From NCBI RefSeq assembly GCF_009914755.1, contig NC_060929.1: a DNA stretch of 64,000 bases; one strand, given 5' to 3'. This stretch comes from the human T2T-CHM13v2.0 reference genome, Homo sapiens. This document shows, piece by piece, positions 14,193 through 27,180 of this stretch. Both the position numbers and the translations under genes were made by a program. Position 1 is the first letter of the stretch. Each line of letters begins with the position of its first letter. Below the pieces are notes generated by a model. It ran no database searches, was not told the origin of the DNA, and saw nothing but the letters and a program-made list of their open reading frames with translations.

Positions 14193-14605
14193 TGTAGCCA
14201 TCATGCTTCAACTAGAGGGACAAAAACAGTAGTAGATAAATATTAAGAGTTTTATTGTCATCATTTGGCTTACATGATTTGGGAGAAATGTGTAGCAAAT
14301 AGAAAATCCAAAGGGCAGGCTGTCAGGAGAAAGGCTGGAATTCTTTAGCAAAGACTGAAGCTGTTAGGTACAAGATGAATTTCTTCTTCTTTAGGGAATC
14401 CTCAGTTCTGCTCTTAAGATCTTTCAATTGATTCAATAGAGTCCACCCAAAATATCTATTATGACATCAAATATCTCTAATTTACAGCCAACTGATTATT
14501 GACCACGATCACATCTGCAAAATACCTTCAAAGTAACACCTAGATCAGTGTTTGATTGAATATCTAGAGATTGTAGCTTACACAAGGTGACATAAAAACA
14601 TCACA
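14193..14605 (-). mobile_element. MLT2-type (MLT2E/F-like) 5' LTR of the ERVL element
   Basis: 'aaaataccttcaaagtaacacctagatcagtgtttgattgaata..caaggtgacataaaaacatcaca'; directly adjacent to the PBS. Confidence 0.8.
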
Positions 14606-16724
14606 TGTGCTATTGGCAAAAAACAGTAAGCATTTAATAAGATTCAAAACATTGACATTCAAAATATGTCAATAATTATAATAAATTTAAATGAGCTGAG
14701 AGTTCTACAATTTTTTATGTCAAAATTAGCCAGTATTTCTTAGAAAGACTCGTTGTTGTTGTTGTTATTTTCTTTTCCTTAATATAAACCCATTGTGCAT
14801 TTTAGGAAAAAATATAATAAAAATTTATTGAATGTACATGTGGTTTGCTATACAAAACCATGATATTATAGCAAAGCAAACATATTTACACAACTCAAAA
14901 TTTATAAAATCCAATAAAACAATTTATGTATATTCAAGTAGATATTCTTGCAAATATATTTCTGTCAATGTTTGTTGAATTTATTTTGATACGTCAATAT
15001 TTCAATCTGTGGCATCTTGATGGTTCTAAGATAGTTTACGTGTCTAGGGTTATGAGTCTTCTAGTTTTAGTATGAGGTATAATAAGTACTAAGTAAGTAA
15101 ACATTTCATCCAGGCATTTGCAGGTTTGTGTTAAAGTTAATCCACTGTAACTCATAGAACCTGTCTCATTCTTATCATCTTTTTGAACTCTACTTTTTGG
15201 CAAACTGAGCATTTGTGATTCCCTGAATATTCTTCCTGTTTTTCGTAATGCTGTGCCTGGTAGACCCTTATGTTCTGTCTAAAAAGTTTATCACTCTCAT
15301 TCTTCCCATTCATCCACCCGAGTAACTGATTATGTAACTTTTATCATTTGAATTGTTCTAGCACCTTTTAGTGGTACATTTTTTTATGACACTTTCTTTA
15401 TTCTGTCTTATATAATTATTTTTATGCATATTATTCATATTCAACAAGAGAAGACACTGTGTTTTATTTATAATTGTCTCTATTCAGTGATTAGCCTAGT
15501 TCCTTATATATATCAATTTTCAATAATTATGTTTCATTTATAAACTATAACCCACACTGCTTTAAGAGCAAAGGTTTGTTTTTCTTTTACTGTAATAATT
15601 ATTCTAGTAACAATCTTATTGCTAAAATGATTTAGGAAGAAATCAACAGCCTCTCTCATTATTATTTTTCTGAGCTATATAATGTTCACGTAATAATAGT
15701 CAGAAAAGCAAACCTGAACAGGCATAATAAAATTTGAAAGCAGCAAATAAACAATAAAAAAAAGAAACAGAGAACTTTATCTGAACCAAAAGATTTAAAT
15801 GACTTCTACCATCTTATTTATAATTTTATTTTTATTTTCCAATATTGTATTTAATAAATATCTATTTCCATATTCTACTCAAGCTCTAATACAATATTCA
15901 ATGTTATGGTCAATACAAGCAGAGCCCTCTGCTGTATGGCAGAAATATAACAAGATAATACAGTTCCTTCAAATTCACTGGGAACAGTTCAGTGAGTAAT
16001 CTGCTTATAGCTATTTCCTTCATGTTTCAAAAATACAAACTAGTTGTAGTTTACATAGGTTGTATTACTATAGTTTAAATGATATTTTCAAATATTAATA
16101 TGTTGTACTAACTAACTCTTTTTTTTTCCTTTAGGACTGCAATTTGCACAAACAAGGCTTTGTATATACATAAAGTGTCAGGCAGAAACCAAGATTTATT
16201 AACATCTTCACAGATTCCTTGCTAGTTTATAACTGTATTAAATGTTCTTCTTCCAGTCACCTAGGGTCTTTATTCATTAGCTGTATTTAATTAAATAGCT
16301 GAGTTACTCTATTTTGAGTATACTGCCTAATCCATTAACTAATAGGTACCTTATTTTCCTTTCTTCTGTATTTCTTTCCTCATTTCCTTCCATCTATCTT
16401 TATTTTCTTCCTTACTTCTTACACTTCATTCCTTCTGTTCTTTCCTTCCTACCTTCCTTGAATCAGTGTTATAAAGAGAGTTCAGAGAGGCAAATGTAAA
16501 ATTTTAATTCTGTTTGCATTTCGAGTGACACTATTTTAAGTAGCATTCTTATCTCATTGGCCAGAGGGAATTTATCACTTGGGCACAATCTCATTGTGAC
16601 TAATACATCAGAACTTTAGCCAGAACTCTGATGGGGCTACACATATTAATTGAGAAATAATAGTATTTTCACCAAAAATTAATGATGTTGATAATACCAT
16701 TAATATAAAACTCTAAAAGTCTAA

Positions 16725-16830
16725 AGTTCCATGAGTTCAGGGGCTGGAATCGTGATTTGCCCAACTGTATCTTCAGTGCAATACATGGTTTCTAATACAT
16801 AGTAATTTCTGAATGTATTAATTGGGCAAG
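16725..16830 (+). mobile_element. L2 3' end fragment
   Basis: 'aagttccatgag..cagggg..ctgtatcttcagtgc..acatagtaa' resembles the L2 tail. Confidence 0.45.
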
Positions 16831-17614
16831 TAATTATTTAGTGTTTAGACTGAACAGGGAATTACACGCTGTTAATTCTCTAGAACATTCATACAGTGCA
16901 GTAATGTACATAGAAATCTTTATAACCTGGTTTAATTAATAAAATTTTATTTTTCTATAAAATATGATCCATAGCATTTTTGAAAAAAAATCATTGTTTC
17001 AAAAACAATAAGTATATAATTCTATAAGGTATTAACAGTCCATAAATACTACAATTAACAAAAAATTCTGCGAACTAATTATCTCAGTTAATTTTATAAT
17101 ATTTTCAACATCTAAAAAAATTAGAATTATAGTTTTATATTGGTATAAATGTATACAGGGTAAGATAAAGTTCTAATTTTTTTTATCTAAGGGATGTATT
17201 AACATGAATTTGACAATAATTATATGAAAAATTGACCAGGCTATTCTTCAGTTCTGGTAAACTAAGAAACATTTATTTAAAAACTATAAATAATAAAATA
17301 GAAAACACTCTTAAAGCTGAGAAATTCTTAAATCTTTATACGGCAATGAATTGCAATTAAACATTGGCTCTCAAATTATATCTCTAATAAAATGCTGGAC
17401 TAGAGAAAAAAATTCTGTACTATTATAAGGATAAGATAAGAATATGACATCTATCATCTTTACCTAGGCTCTGAGGCCCCAGACCGTCCAAAAACATTGG
17501 TCTTTATTCATAGTATTTGGGGATTTTAATTTACATTGTTTACATCGTGTGAGAACATCTGGTCCTCTTGTTCAGATTGATTTTTGTTTTCTATTTGTAA
17601 AGTGGATTTTCTTT

Positions 17615-17976
17615 TTTTGCTTTTAAAAATATTTAAATAGGGGAAGTTTGGGGAACAGGCTGTGTTTGATTACATGAGTAAGTCCTTTAGTGGTGATTTT
17701 TGAGATTTTCCTGAGGTTTGGGGACACAGGTGGTGCTTGGTTACATTAATAAGTTCGTTAGTGGTGATTTCTGCACCCAATGTGTAGTCTTTTATCCCTC
17801 ACCCCCTCCCACACTTTCCCTCAAGCCCCCAAAGTTCTTTGTATTATTCTTACATCTTTGCATCCTCATAGTTTAGCTCTCACTTATGAATAAAAACATC
17901 CGATGTTTGGTTTTCCATTCCTGAGTTACTTCCCTTAGAATAATGGTCTCCAATTGCATTCAGGTTGCTGTGAAGG
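17615..17976 (-). mobile_element. L1PB1-like 3'UTR fragment with an internal ~70-bp duplication
   Basis: 'tttggggaacagg..ttacatgaataag..tagtggtgatttc..ccattcctgagttacttc.cttagaataatggtctcc'. Confidence 0.85.
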
Positions 17977-18059
17977 TTCGTGATTCACCAGTCTCATTCT
18001 ACAAGGGACTGTCACTGAAAACTAAGCCTACCACACATTAGCAAAAATTAAAGGTCTCA

Positions 18060-19288
18060 AAAACACTGTCGACAAAAGCAAAAATTGATACAAGAATCAA
18101 CGTCAAACTAAAAAGCTTCTGCACTACCAAGAAAATAACAGAGTGAAAAAGCATAGGCCATTTTTGTGGAATGAAAGAAAACATGTGCAAAGCATTTATA
18201 TAATATGTGATTAATTCCAAAATATATCAAAACTGCTATAACTCAAAAGTAAAAAGAAAAAGAAAACCAAACACAAAAGAATGAATAATCCAATTTAAAA
18301 ATGGACAAAGGACTTGAGTAGACTTTTCTCCAATGAAGACATACAATATGAACACCAGGTAGGTAAAAAGGTACTCAACATCATTGATCACCAAGGAAAT
18401 CCATATCAAAACACTACTGAGATAGCACCTCACATCTGTTAGGATGGCTATTATCAAAAATAAATAAATAGGAACAAAAATATGAAGAATTTGGAATACT
18501 TGTACAATGTTGATGGAAATGTAAAATGGTGCAGCCACCATAGAGAATATAGTAAGGAAATTTCTTAAAAATTAAAATATAACTACCATATGATCCACTA
18601 ATCTTATTTCTTGGCATGTATGAAATCAGGATCAGAGATACTTTGTACTGTCATATTCATTACAGCATTATTCATAATAGCCAAGATATGGAAACAACCC
18701 AAATATCCATTGACAGATCAATGGATAAAGAAAGCATGGTATATACATACAATGGAATATTATTTTACCTTAAAGAAGAAAAAATACTACCAATTGCAAC
18801 AACATGTATGAGCCTAGTGAACACTATGCAAAGCAAAATAAGCCTGTCTCAAAGATGATTCCACGTATATGAGGCATCTGCAATAGTCAAACTCATAGAA
18901 ACAGAGAAAAACGGGGTAGTTACCAGAGACTAAGGGTAGAGGGAAAGAGAAAATTGTTGGGAAATGGGTATAAAATTTTAGTCATTTGAGATGAGTAAGT
19001 TCTGAGATAATCTGTGTAACATAGTACCTATAATTAACAATGTGGTGTTATGCACTTCAAAATGCATTGAAGTTAAATCTCAGGTTAAGTGTTTTTACTG
19101 TATTAAGGAAAGAGACAGAAAATTTGGGGCGATGACAGATATGTGTATGTTTAATATCTTGATTCTTGATGGTATCACAGCTGTATGCATATGTCCAAAC
19201 TGATCAAATTACATACAGGTAGATTAAACTTGTATAATTTGCTTTTTTGTTGAATGTTAACTATACCTTAATAAACCTGTTAAAATTT
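18060..19288 (+). mobile_element. L1M (L1MA9/10-L1MB-like) 3' fragment
   Basis: ORF2 C-terminus 'FITALFIIAKIWKQPKYP..WIKKAWYIHTMEYY' followed by an L1M 3'UTR. Confidence 0.85.
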
Positions 19289-20719
19289 AAAGTTGTTATT
19301 AAATCCCTATGAAAACACAACCCACCTTCAATGAGAATTACACTGAATATAACACAGAGAGGTGAAACATCAGAAAATATGGATGACTGTTTAAGACCAG
19401 AAGATTAGGATGTAAAACCATAGTTATATGTGTGATAGTAACCACAGAAGATCTGGGGATGAAAATAAAGACCTAATCATTTATAAACAGCAGAAATAAT
19501 AAATACAATACACATGAGATGGCTTTTTTTACTGTCAGGAATTACAGATGACAGAATTTACTTCCCAGAAAAAAATTAAGACTTTTTCATGAAGATGGAA
19601 CTAAAATCCACTAAAATACAAGTAAAATGTGGGAAGTTATGGTAAAGAAGGGATACAAAAGAAAGAATAAGGAACATACGTTCATTATTATAACATTTCT
19701 AACCGTGCAGTACTAAAATTTCTAAACGTGCAGAGGAAAATGAGGAGGAAATAAAGGACTAACAATCACTTGAACAACCCACTTGAAACTTTTCTATATT
19801 ACATTTTCCCCAGTTGTCAACATGGGCAACAAGTCTTTATTATTTATGATAATTTTTTGCCTAAAATAAATATGATTAACAGATAACTGGTTAATCCCCA
19901 AACCTCACTGTGTACTTACTTTTTATCTTATTTCTCCAATGAAAGCATTTAAAGTAACCACTAATTAGGACTAAATTTGACTGCTATTTGTTTAATATCT
20001 ATTCATGTTTTCCCTTTCTAATTCTCTGGTTGGGAAAACAATTAGCAATAAACAAGCAAGTGGTAATGTACAAGGGAAAAACGGCCAAAATTCAGCCACA
20101 AAGTTCACAGTTGTCTCTTTTTTTTTCATTTTGATAATACAATGACTGAACAAATGAAGACTATGTATTCATTCAATAAATACTAATTGAGCCCAGCCGC
20201 GTTCCTGTCATGGTGCTCAGTGTTGAATGGACGTAGTGTTTCACTACTTACAGATTTGAACTCCAAGTTCAGAAAAGTCAAAAAGAAATAATAGCTCAAA
20301 AGTTAGATTAAAATAGAACTAGAACCAATTTACAAATCCAGTGTTCCTCGTCTGCCTCTCATCATGTTGGAAATGAATGATCATTGGTTATTAAAGCAGA
20401 TTTTTCACAAGGGACTTTAATTAATCCAGAATGTCCAAGTATTTTTGTTTCTAATCATAGTGGAAAGACAGACATTAAAATGAACAAATACCCACATAGA
20501 TTTGTAAAACATTATTAAAATATATATTTGGTGTAATTAGCAATCCTCCTAATTTTAATTTATTATTATGTCCTTCATTGCTCATTCCCAACATTCCAAT
20601 TGAAGTAATTCTACCACTTCTCTCCCACCAAAGTTTAAGATGTCCCAGATCAGTGGGTCTATAAATAGATCCACTAAACTAAATAGAATTCCAAGTTAAA
20701 AAGAAAAAAAAAGCTACAC

Positions 20720-21490
20720 AAAAATAATAACAGATGCTAGCAATCTGTTAGTGATAATATAAATTAGTAAAGACATCATGGAAAACAGTATGAAGAGTTC
20801 TCAAAAAACTAAAAGGAGAACTACCATGTGACCCAGCAATTGGACTATGGGGTATTTATCCAAGGAAAGAAATACAATATATCACAGGCATACCTGCACT
20901 CTCAGTTTACTACAGCGTTATTCACAGTAGCAAAGATACGGAATCAACCTAAGTGTCCACCAATGGATGAATAGATTAAAAATGTGATATAAATACAAAA
21001 ATGGCATGCTATTCCCCAAAAAAGAATAATATCATGTCATTTGCAGCAACATGGATGGAACTGGAGGTCATTATATTAAGTGAAATAAGCCATGCACAGA
21101 AAGATAAATATTGCATGCTGTCACTTATATATGGGAGTTAAAAATGCTGATCTCATGGAGGTAGAGAGAGTAATGACAAATACCAGAGGCTGGGAAGGTG
21201 GGGAGGAGGATTAAGAGAGGTTGGTTAATGGGTACAAATATACAGTCAGATAAGTTCTGTGTTCTATAGCACAGTGGGGTGACTATAGTTCATAACAGTA
21301 TATTATATATTTCAAAATAACTAGAAGAGAGGACTTGAAATGTTCCTAACACATAGAAATGATGAATACTTGAGGTGATAGATACACTAAGTACCCTGAG
21401 CGGATCATTCCACATTCCATGCATGTAACAAAATATCACAGGTCCTCCATAAATATGTAGAAATACGCATCAATTGAAAAAAGAAAAAAT
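20720..21490 (+). mobile_element. L1MA (L1MA4-like) 3' fragment
   Basis: 'gcaacatggatggaactggaggtcattatattaagtgaaataagcc..catagaaatgatgaatacttgaggtgatag' and an A-rich end. Confidence 0.85.
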
Positions 21491-21654
21491 CCATAACATA
21501 GATGTAAGGAAGTCCAACTCTTCTGATTTTTCCCATAAGGTTTACTTGGGGCTTTAAAAAATTAAATAATAAATTTATAAACAAACAAAGGGCTCTTGAA
21601 AGAAATTTAAAGTGTTTCTCCAAAGAAGACATGAACGATAAGAAAATGAAAAAG

Positions 21655-23231
21655 CCTTCTTTCTGATATGAAGAAAGTTTTAATGGTCTGGATAGAAGAT
21701 CAAAGTGGCTACAACATTCCCTTAAACCAAATTCTAATCTAGAGCAAGGCCCTAACTCTCTTCAATTCTGTGATGGCTAAGAGAGGTAAGGAAGCTGTAG
21801 AAGAAAAGTTTAAAGCTAGCAGAGGTTGGTTTACAAAGTTGAAGAGATAACGCCATCTCTCTAACACACCAATGCAAGGTGAAGCAGCAGGTGCTCATGC
21901 AGAAGCTACAGCAAGTTATCCAGTAGTTCTAGGTAAGATGAATGATGACGATAGATACACTAAACAACAGATTTTCAATATAAACAAAGTGGACTTCTAA
22001 TGGAAGATGCCATCTAGGACTTCCATAGCTATCGATAAGCCAATGTCTGGCTTCAAAGCTTCAAAAGACAGACTGGCTTTCTTATTAGAAGGCATTACAG
22101 CTGGCGACTTTAAGTTGAAGCCAATGTTCATTTACTATCTGAAAATCCTAGGGCTGTTAAGAATTATGCTAACTTTAGTCTGCGTATGCTCTATAAATGG
22201 AACAATAAAGCATATCTGTTTATAGCACAGTTTACTGAATATTTTAAACCCATTTTTTAAAACTACTGCTCAGGAAAAAAAAGATTTCTTTCAAAATATT
22301 ACTGCTTATTGACAAGTTACCTATTTACCCAAGAACTCAAATGAAGATATATACGAAGATTAATGTTATCTTCATGCCTGTTAACAAAACATTTATTCTG
22401 TAGCCCATACATCAAGGAGTAATTTTGACTTTCATTCATATTATAAAATAAATACATTTTATAATGCTATAGCTGCCAGAGATAGTGATTATTCTGATGG
22501 ATTTGGCATGAAGAAGTGAAAAGTCTCCTGGAGAGAACTGAGCATTCTAGATGCAATGGACAATATTTATGATTCATGGAAGGAGGTCAAAATATTAACA
22601 TGAACAGGAGTTTGGAAGAAGTAGATTCCAACTGTTATAGATGACTTTGAGGAATTTGACTTCAGTGGAGCGAGTAACTGCAAATGTGTTAGAAATAGCA
22701 AGATAACTAGAATTAAAAATGGAGTCTGAAGATGAGACTGAATTGCTGGTATCTCATCATGAAATGAACGGATGAGCAGTTGCAAAATAAAAATTACAGG
22801 TGAGCAAAGAAAGTGGTTTCTTGAGATTAAATCTACTCCTGGTGAAGATTCTGTAAACAATGGTGAAATGACCAACATATTGTTTATATTATTTCATAAA
22901 CTTACTTGGTAAAGCAATGGTTTTTTCAACCACCATCCTGATCAGTCAGCAATCATCAATGATGAGCAGATTTCTCCACCAGGAAAAATATTCAGACTCG
23001 CTGAAGGCTGAGGTGATTGTTAGCATTATTTAGCATAACGTTTTTTGAGTTTTTGTTTGTTTGTTGTTTGTTTTTTGGGGTTTTTTGACAGGGTCTCACT
23101 CTGTCACTTAAGCTAGAGTGCAGTGGCACGATCTTGGCTCACTGCAATGTCGAATTTCCAGGCTTAGGTGATTTTCCCACCTCAGCCTCTCGATTAGCTG
23201 GGACTGCAGCCATACACCACCACACCCCGCT

Positions 23232-23268
<37 letters not shown>

Positions 23269-23582
23269 CTGTAGAGAGCGGGTTTATCCATGCTTCCCAG
23301 ACTGGTCTCCAACTCCTGAGCTCAAGCGATCTGCCCGCCTCAGCCTCCCAAAGTGCTGCAATTACAGGAGTGAGCCACCAAGCCCAGCAGTAAATATTTT
23401 TAAAATTAAGGTATGTATATGTTTTAGACATAATGGTAGTGCACATGCAGTACACTACAATATAGTGTAAACATAACTTTTATATACATTGGGAAGCCAA
23501 AAGTTTGTCTGCCTCACTTTATTTGTATATTAACTTTATTGCAGTGTCTGGAATGCAACTCGTGATATGTCAGGTATGCCTA
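21655..23582 (+). mobile_element. Tigger1 DNA transposon, 5'-truncated, with decayed transposase
   Basis: Peptide '[31 protein letters not shown]'; 3' TIR-like 'aggtatgcct' at the end. Confidence 0.92.
23041..23388 (-). mobile_element. AluJ inserted in Tigger1, with the middle linker expanded to T35
   Basis: 'gacagggtctcactctgtc..ctcctgagctcaagcgatc'; T-run at 23234-23268. Confidence 0.93.
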
Positions 23583-25074
23583 CACTTTGCATTTATACAT
23601 TTTATTTATCCATATTCCTTAAAATATCTTCCCTGCCTTGTTTTTTTCTTTTTTTTTTCTTTTTAACTAACATGTAATCCTTACATTTCTCTGAAACTAT
23701 TTTGGAAATGTAACCAGAAGATGAGCATTCATAATTCTGCATATATTTGAATCTTCAAAATGTTCAAATGTTTATACATAGACAGAGATGATGTGTGTGT
23801 GCGTGTGTGTGCATGTGTATAATCTTACATAAACAAGATCATAATAATCATGCCTGTTTTATTTTAGAAAGGTTTGAGCATGTGTTACTTGTTTACTCTT
23901 TAATCTCACTTCTCCCGTTTTCTTCTCCCTGTTTCCTGTACCCATGTTAAATAAATGACACTTCATTTTCCATGCTTACATAATTAACTAATTATTTATT
24001 GTTTTCCTGTTTGTTTAACAAAACAGGTCACATTTCCTTGGAAACATTGTAAAATGATAATATGGAATATATAATTTGGAGAAATAATTATGTAATTACA
24101 TTGCAAACCCTTGAAGGTAAAAGATGTAAGAAGAAAATATAGCATAGTTTATTAAAAAACATATTTACTTTCAAAACTCTTTCTGTTCCTTTTGTCTTTT
24201 TCATCAATTAAGCATAAATTCAGCTCAGTGCAGTATTATAAAAAACATTTGAAAATGTAATTGGTAAATTGTGTCTTCCCATAGGAACAAAGAGCGACGG
24301 CACCTTGTTTATCACCCTGCAATAATGTCATTACTATCCAGTTGACCTCTGATGCACAGTGACAGACAGATGATAGAGTAAGAATTCAGTGCATATTTGA
24401 TAAATTCAGTAAAACATTTTCTTGCAATGAAAAAATAACCTTTCTGGCATTTCTACTTTCCTTCTCATTGAATAGCTTCTACAATAGCTCTATGTGATGC
24501 TTTAGAAGCTCTCTATGACACTTTGGAAACCCAAACCGATCTTTGAATTTTTTTCAGGCTTCTCATTAACAGCAAGGATGAAGACAAAGCAACAGCATTC
24601 AATCGAGGATACCAACAAGTGATGCTTGTGTAGCACTCTTTTAACATTTGTATAAGTGGATGTAGTATATGTACATGGAATGACAGTGAATTGATCAAAG
24701 GATCAATTAGGTTTTTTCACTAAGGTTTGGAAAACCTTAATTTGTAAGATGTTCTAAGAAGAAATCAGCTTAATACATTCAAAAATATCAAAAACATCTC
24801 AATTATTTTGTAGAATTTCAAAAACAAAAAGATATATATTATATGAATTAAATCTGCATAATGATCTAATTCAAAGTGATAAAGTGGGAACTCGGGCTCA
24901 TGATTTGAGAAGTGCATATATATGTTTTCGATCTTGAAGTAATGGATACTCCAAATATTTTCTTTTAAATGTAAGAAAAGGCACCATTACATAATATTTA
25001 ATAAAATAATATATAATATCTTAGGAAATCTCTTGCAAATTCTGACTGTACTGATGATTAGCAAGCAATTTTTG

Positions 25075-25222
25075 TGTGCCTCAGGTATTTCTTTAAAGAC
25101 AGTGTGAAATATATAGAGCTATAGGAGTAAATTCACATATACAGTGCATTTAATTAGATAGTTCCTGTAAAACAATAAGAACAGTGCCTGGAAAATAGAA
25201 AGCTCTCACTAAATATTGCTAA
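25075..25222 (+). mobile_element. MIR fragment
   Basis: 'gtgcctcag..tgtaaaacaataagaacagtgcctggaaaatagaaagctctcactaaatattgcta'. Confidence 0.6.
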
Positions 25223-26679
25223 TTGTTAAAAAATTCAGGTAATGGTTAAAGTCTGCGCAGAGCAGATACGTTTTTCTTTCTGCTAGGTCTGTGAATAGGA
25301 CACAAAGATACAATTTCCTCCATTATGTAGAGAGTTGGAAGGAGCTTTGAAAAAACTCTTCTAATATCAACTTAATGCAACAGTCATAATAGTTAAAGAA
25401 AATAAAATGTATAAAACATGAAAGAAAAAAGCTGAAGCTCAAACACATTGGTAGAAAAAAAATGATGGAAATAAATAAAATTTTAAAATGCTACTACTTG
25501 AAATACTTCAATAAGAAGGACCCTATTTCTTCAGATGAGGGTGTTCAGGATGTGGAGAATTGGGTATCAAAATGCCCTAACATCAAGAAAAACTTCCAGG
25601 GATGAACAGTGTGAGATATCTGTAGGGTAACTTGAATTTGGGACTAGAAGAGAGTGATATTTGACAATTTGTTTTCTAGGCTTCACAGTGAGATTCTGGT
25701 AGAAGTTAAACCCTGTAGTAGCACAGGGAAGAGAAATCAGGGGCAGCCGTAAATACTCAAAAGCTGTGAGGCATGCTTCTGGAAAACCATTTTACTAGGA
25801 TCTAAAGAAAATTCACATCATTTGGAAATAATACAGTTATTTTATTAAGTTTTTACAAAATCAAAGCTGATTTGTTTCAAAGTGGCTAAATTGATCTGCA
25901 GGCTTTTAGCATATATTTCCTCTGTAAAGAAGGACTTGTCGATAAACATGGTTGCACTCTCAGTATTGGAGTTTGGCATGAAGCCGAATGGGCTCCTTAA
26001 TAGAATATCACTACATGATGTGGTCAGAATGAAGTAGATGCTTATGCTTCAAAAAAACTCATCATTTATATGAGTGAAATATTTTACGACATTTATCTGG
26101 AATTAACACAGCACTCTAAATATAACCAGATGACAAATAGGAGTGGTAAAAACCAGGAATTTTGAGATATTTGAGTTCTACAGTAATTATTTTTCATTTG
26201 CCTAGTCTCAAACATACTGTGGAAAGCCAATGCCTTTCAAAGCTTGCAATTTACCATGAACAAAAGGTGGAATCCTCTTGGTCAAGCAGGAATGAGGTAC
26301 TACCCCATCCTGTGTGCACAAAACAGGTTTGCAGTGCAGATGTAGCAATGGCTTGTGGTTTTAACACTAACCAAATGAAACCATAAAATTACCCCCAAAG
26401 TTTTTAGGACTCTATCCTAAAAACTATCTAGCAAAATAAAGAATAATTTTGGAGTTGAAAAGACTTAAAATATATATTAGAAAATTTATCTAATTGATTT
26501 TGCAGCAAATGGAGGTCATTTTTTTCCATTAATCTTAACTGAATGCAGGATAATAAAACATATAGATAAACTCAAAAATAATAAAATTAATCACTTTATC
26601 CTCCATATTTCTCCCATATTTGTTGTAAAAGCCTCATCCTATATCTGAGTCTTTAAAGTTGACGGTCCTCAGACTTTTC

Positions 26680-27180
26680 TGTGTCTCATTTTCTCATCTC
26701 AATTGTTCCATGCTTCTTGCATCTCATCTAACATTTTGTTGCTTCTACCACCTTTATTCACATGTCCCAAAATCTATATCCTCAGTTCTAATTGCTCTCA
26801 TAAGCTCTAGATTAATATGTCTGATGGCTCATGAAAACACTTATTTGAATATCTATGGGGAATTATGAGATAATCATCTAATTTTAACCTTGCCAACCTC
26901 TCCCAAACCTGCTCTTCTACTGGCATTCTCTTTTTAGTTATTTGAGTTTAAACCAGAGCATCATACTTGACTTTCACTCCTCCACTCCCTTTCCCAGTCG
27001 GTCCCAAAGCCATGTTGATTCTGCCTCTTTTATGACACTCAGACTTCACATTTGTCTTTCTCCCATGCTGCTGCTCAAAAAAATACTATTGTGAACTCCC
27101 ATCTGAATTTTTGTAATCATTGATATTGTCTATTTTCCATTACATTTGCATCAGAATATTAGACATCTTAGAAAAAGTAA
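26680..27180 (+). mobile_element. L2 fragment
   Basis: 'tcccaaaatctatatcctcag..ccaaacctgctcttc..catcatacttgac..aagccatgttgattctgcctc'. Confidence 0.6.

Noticed and set aside
23108-23455. 115-aa ORF with poly-Lys
   Set aside because: Translation of an Alu and its A-run.
24285-24377. 93-nt segment bounded by cccatag| and |gtaaga, as a coding exon
   Set aside because: Stops occur in all three frames and the acceptor is modest; it could only be a non-coding exon, and nothing else supports it.
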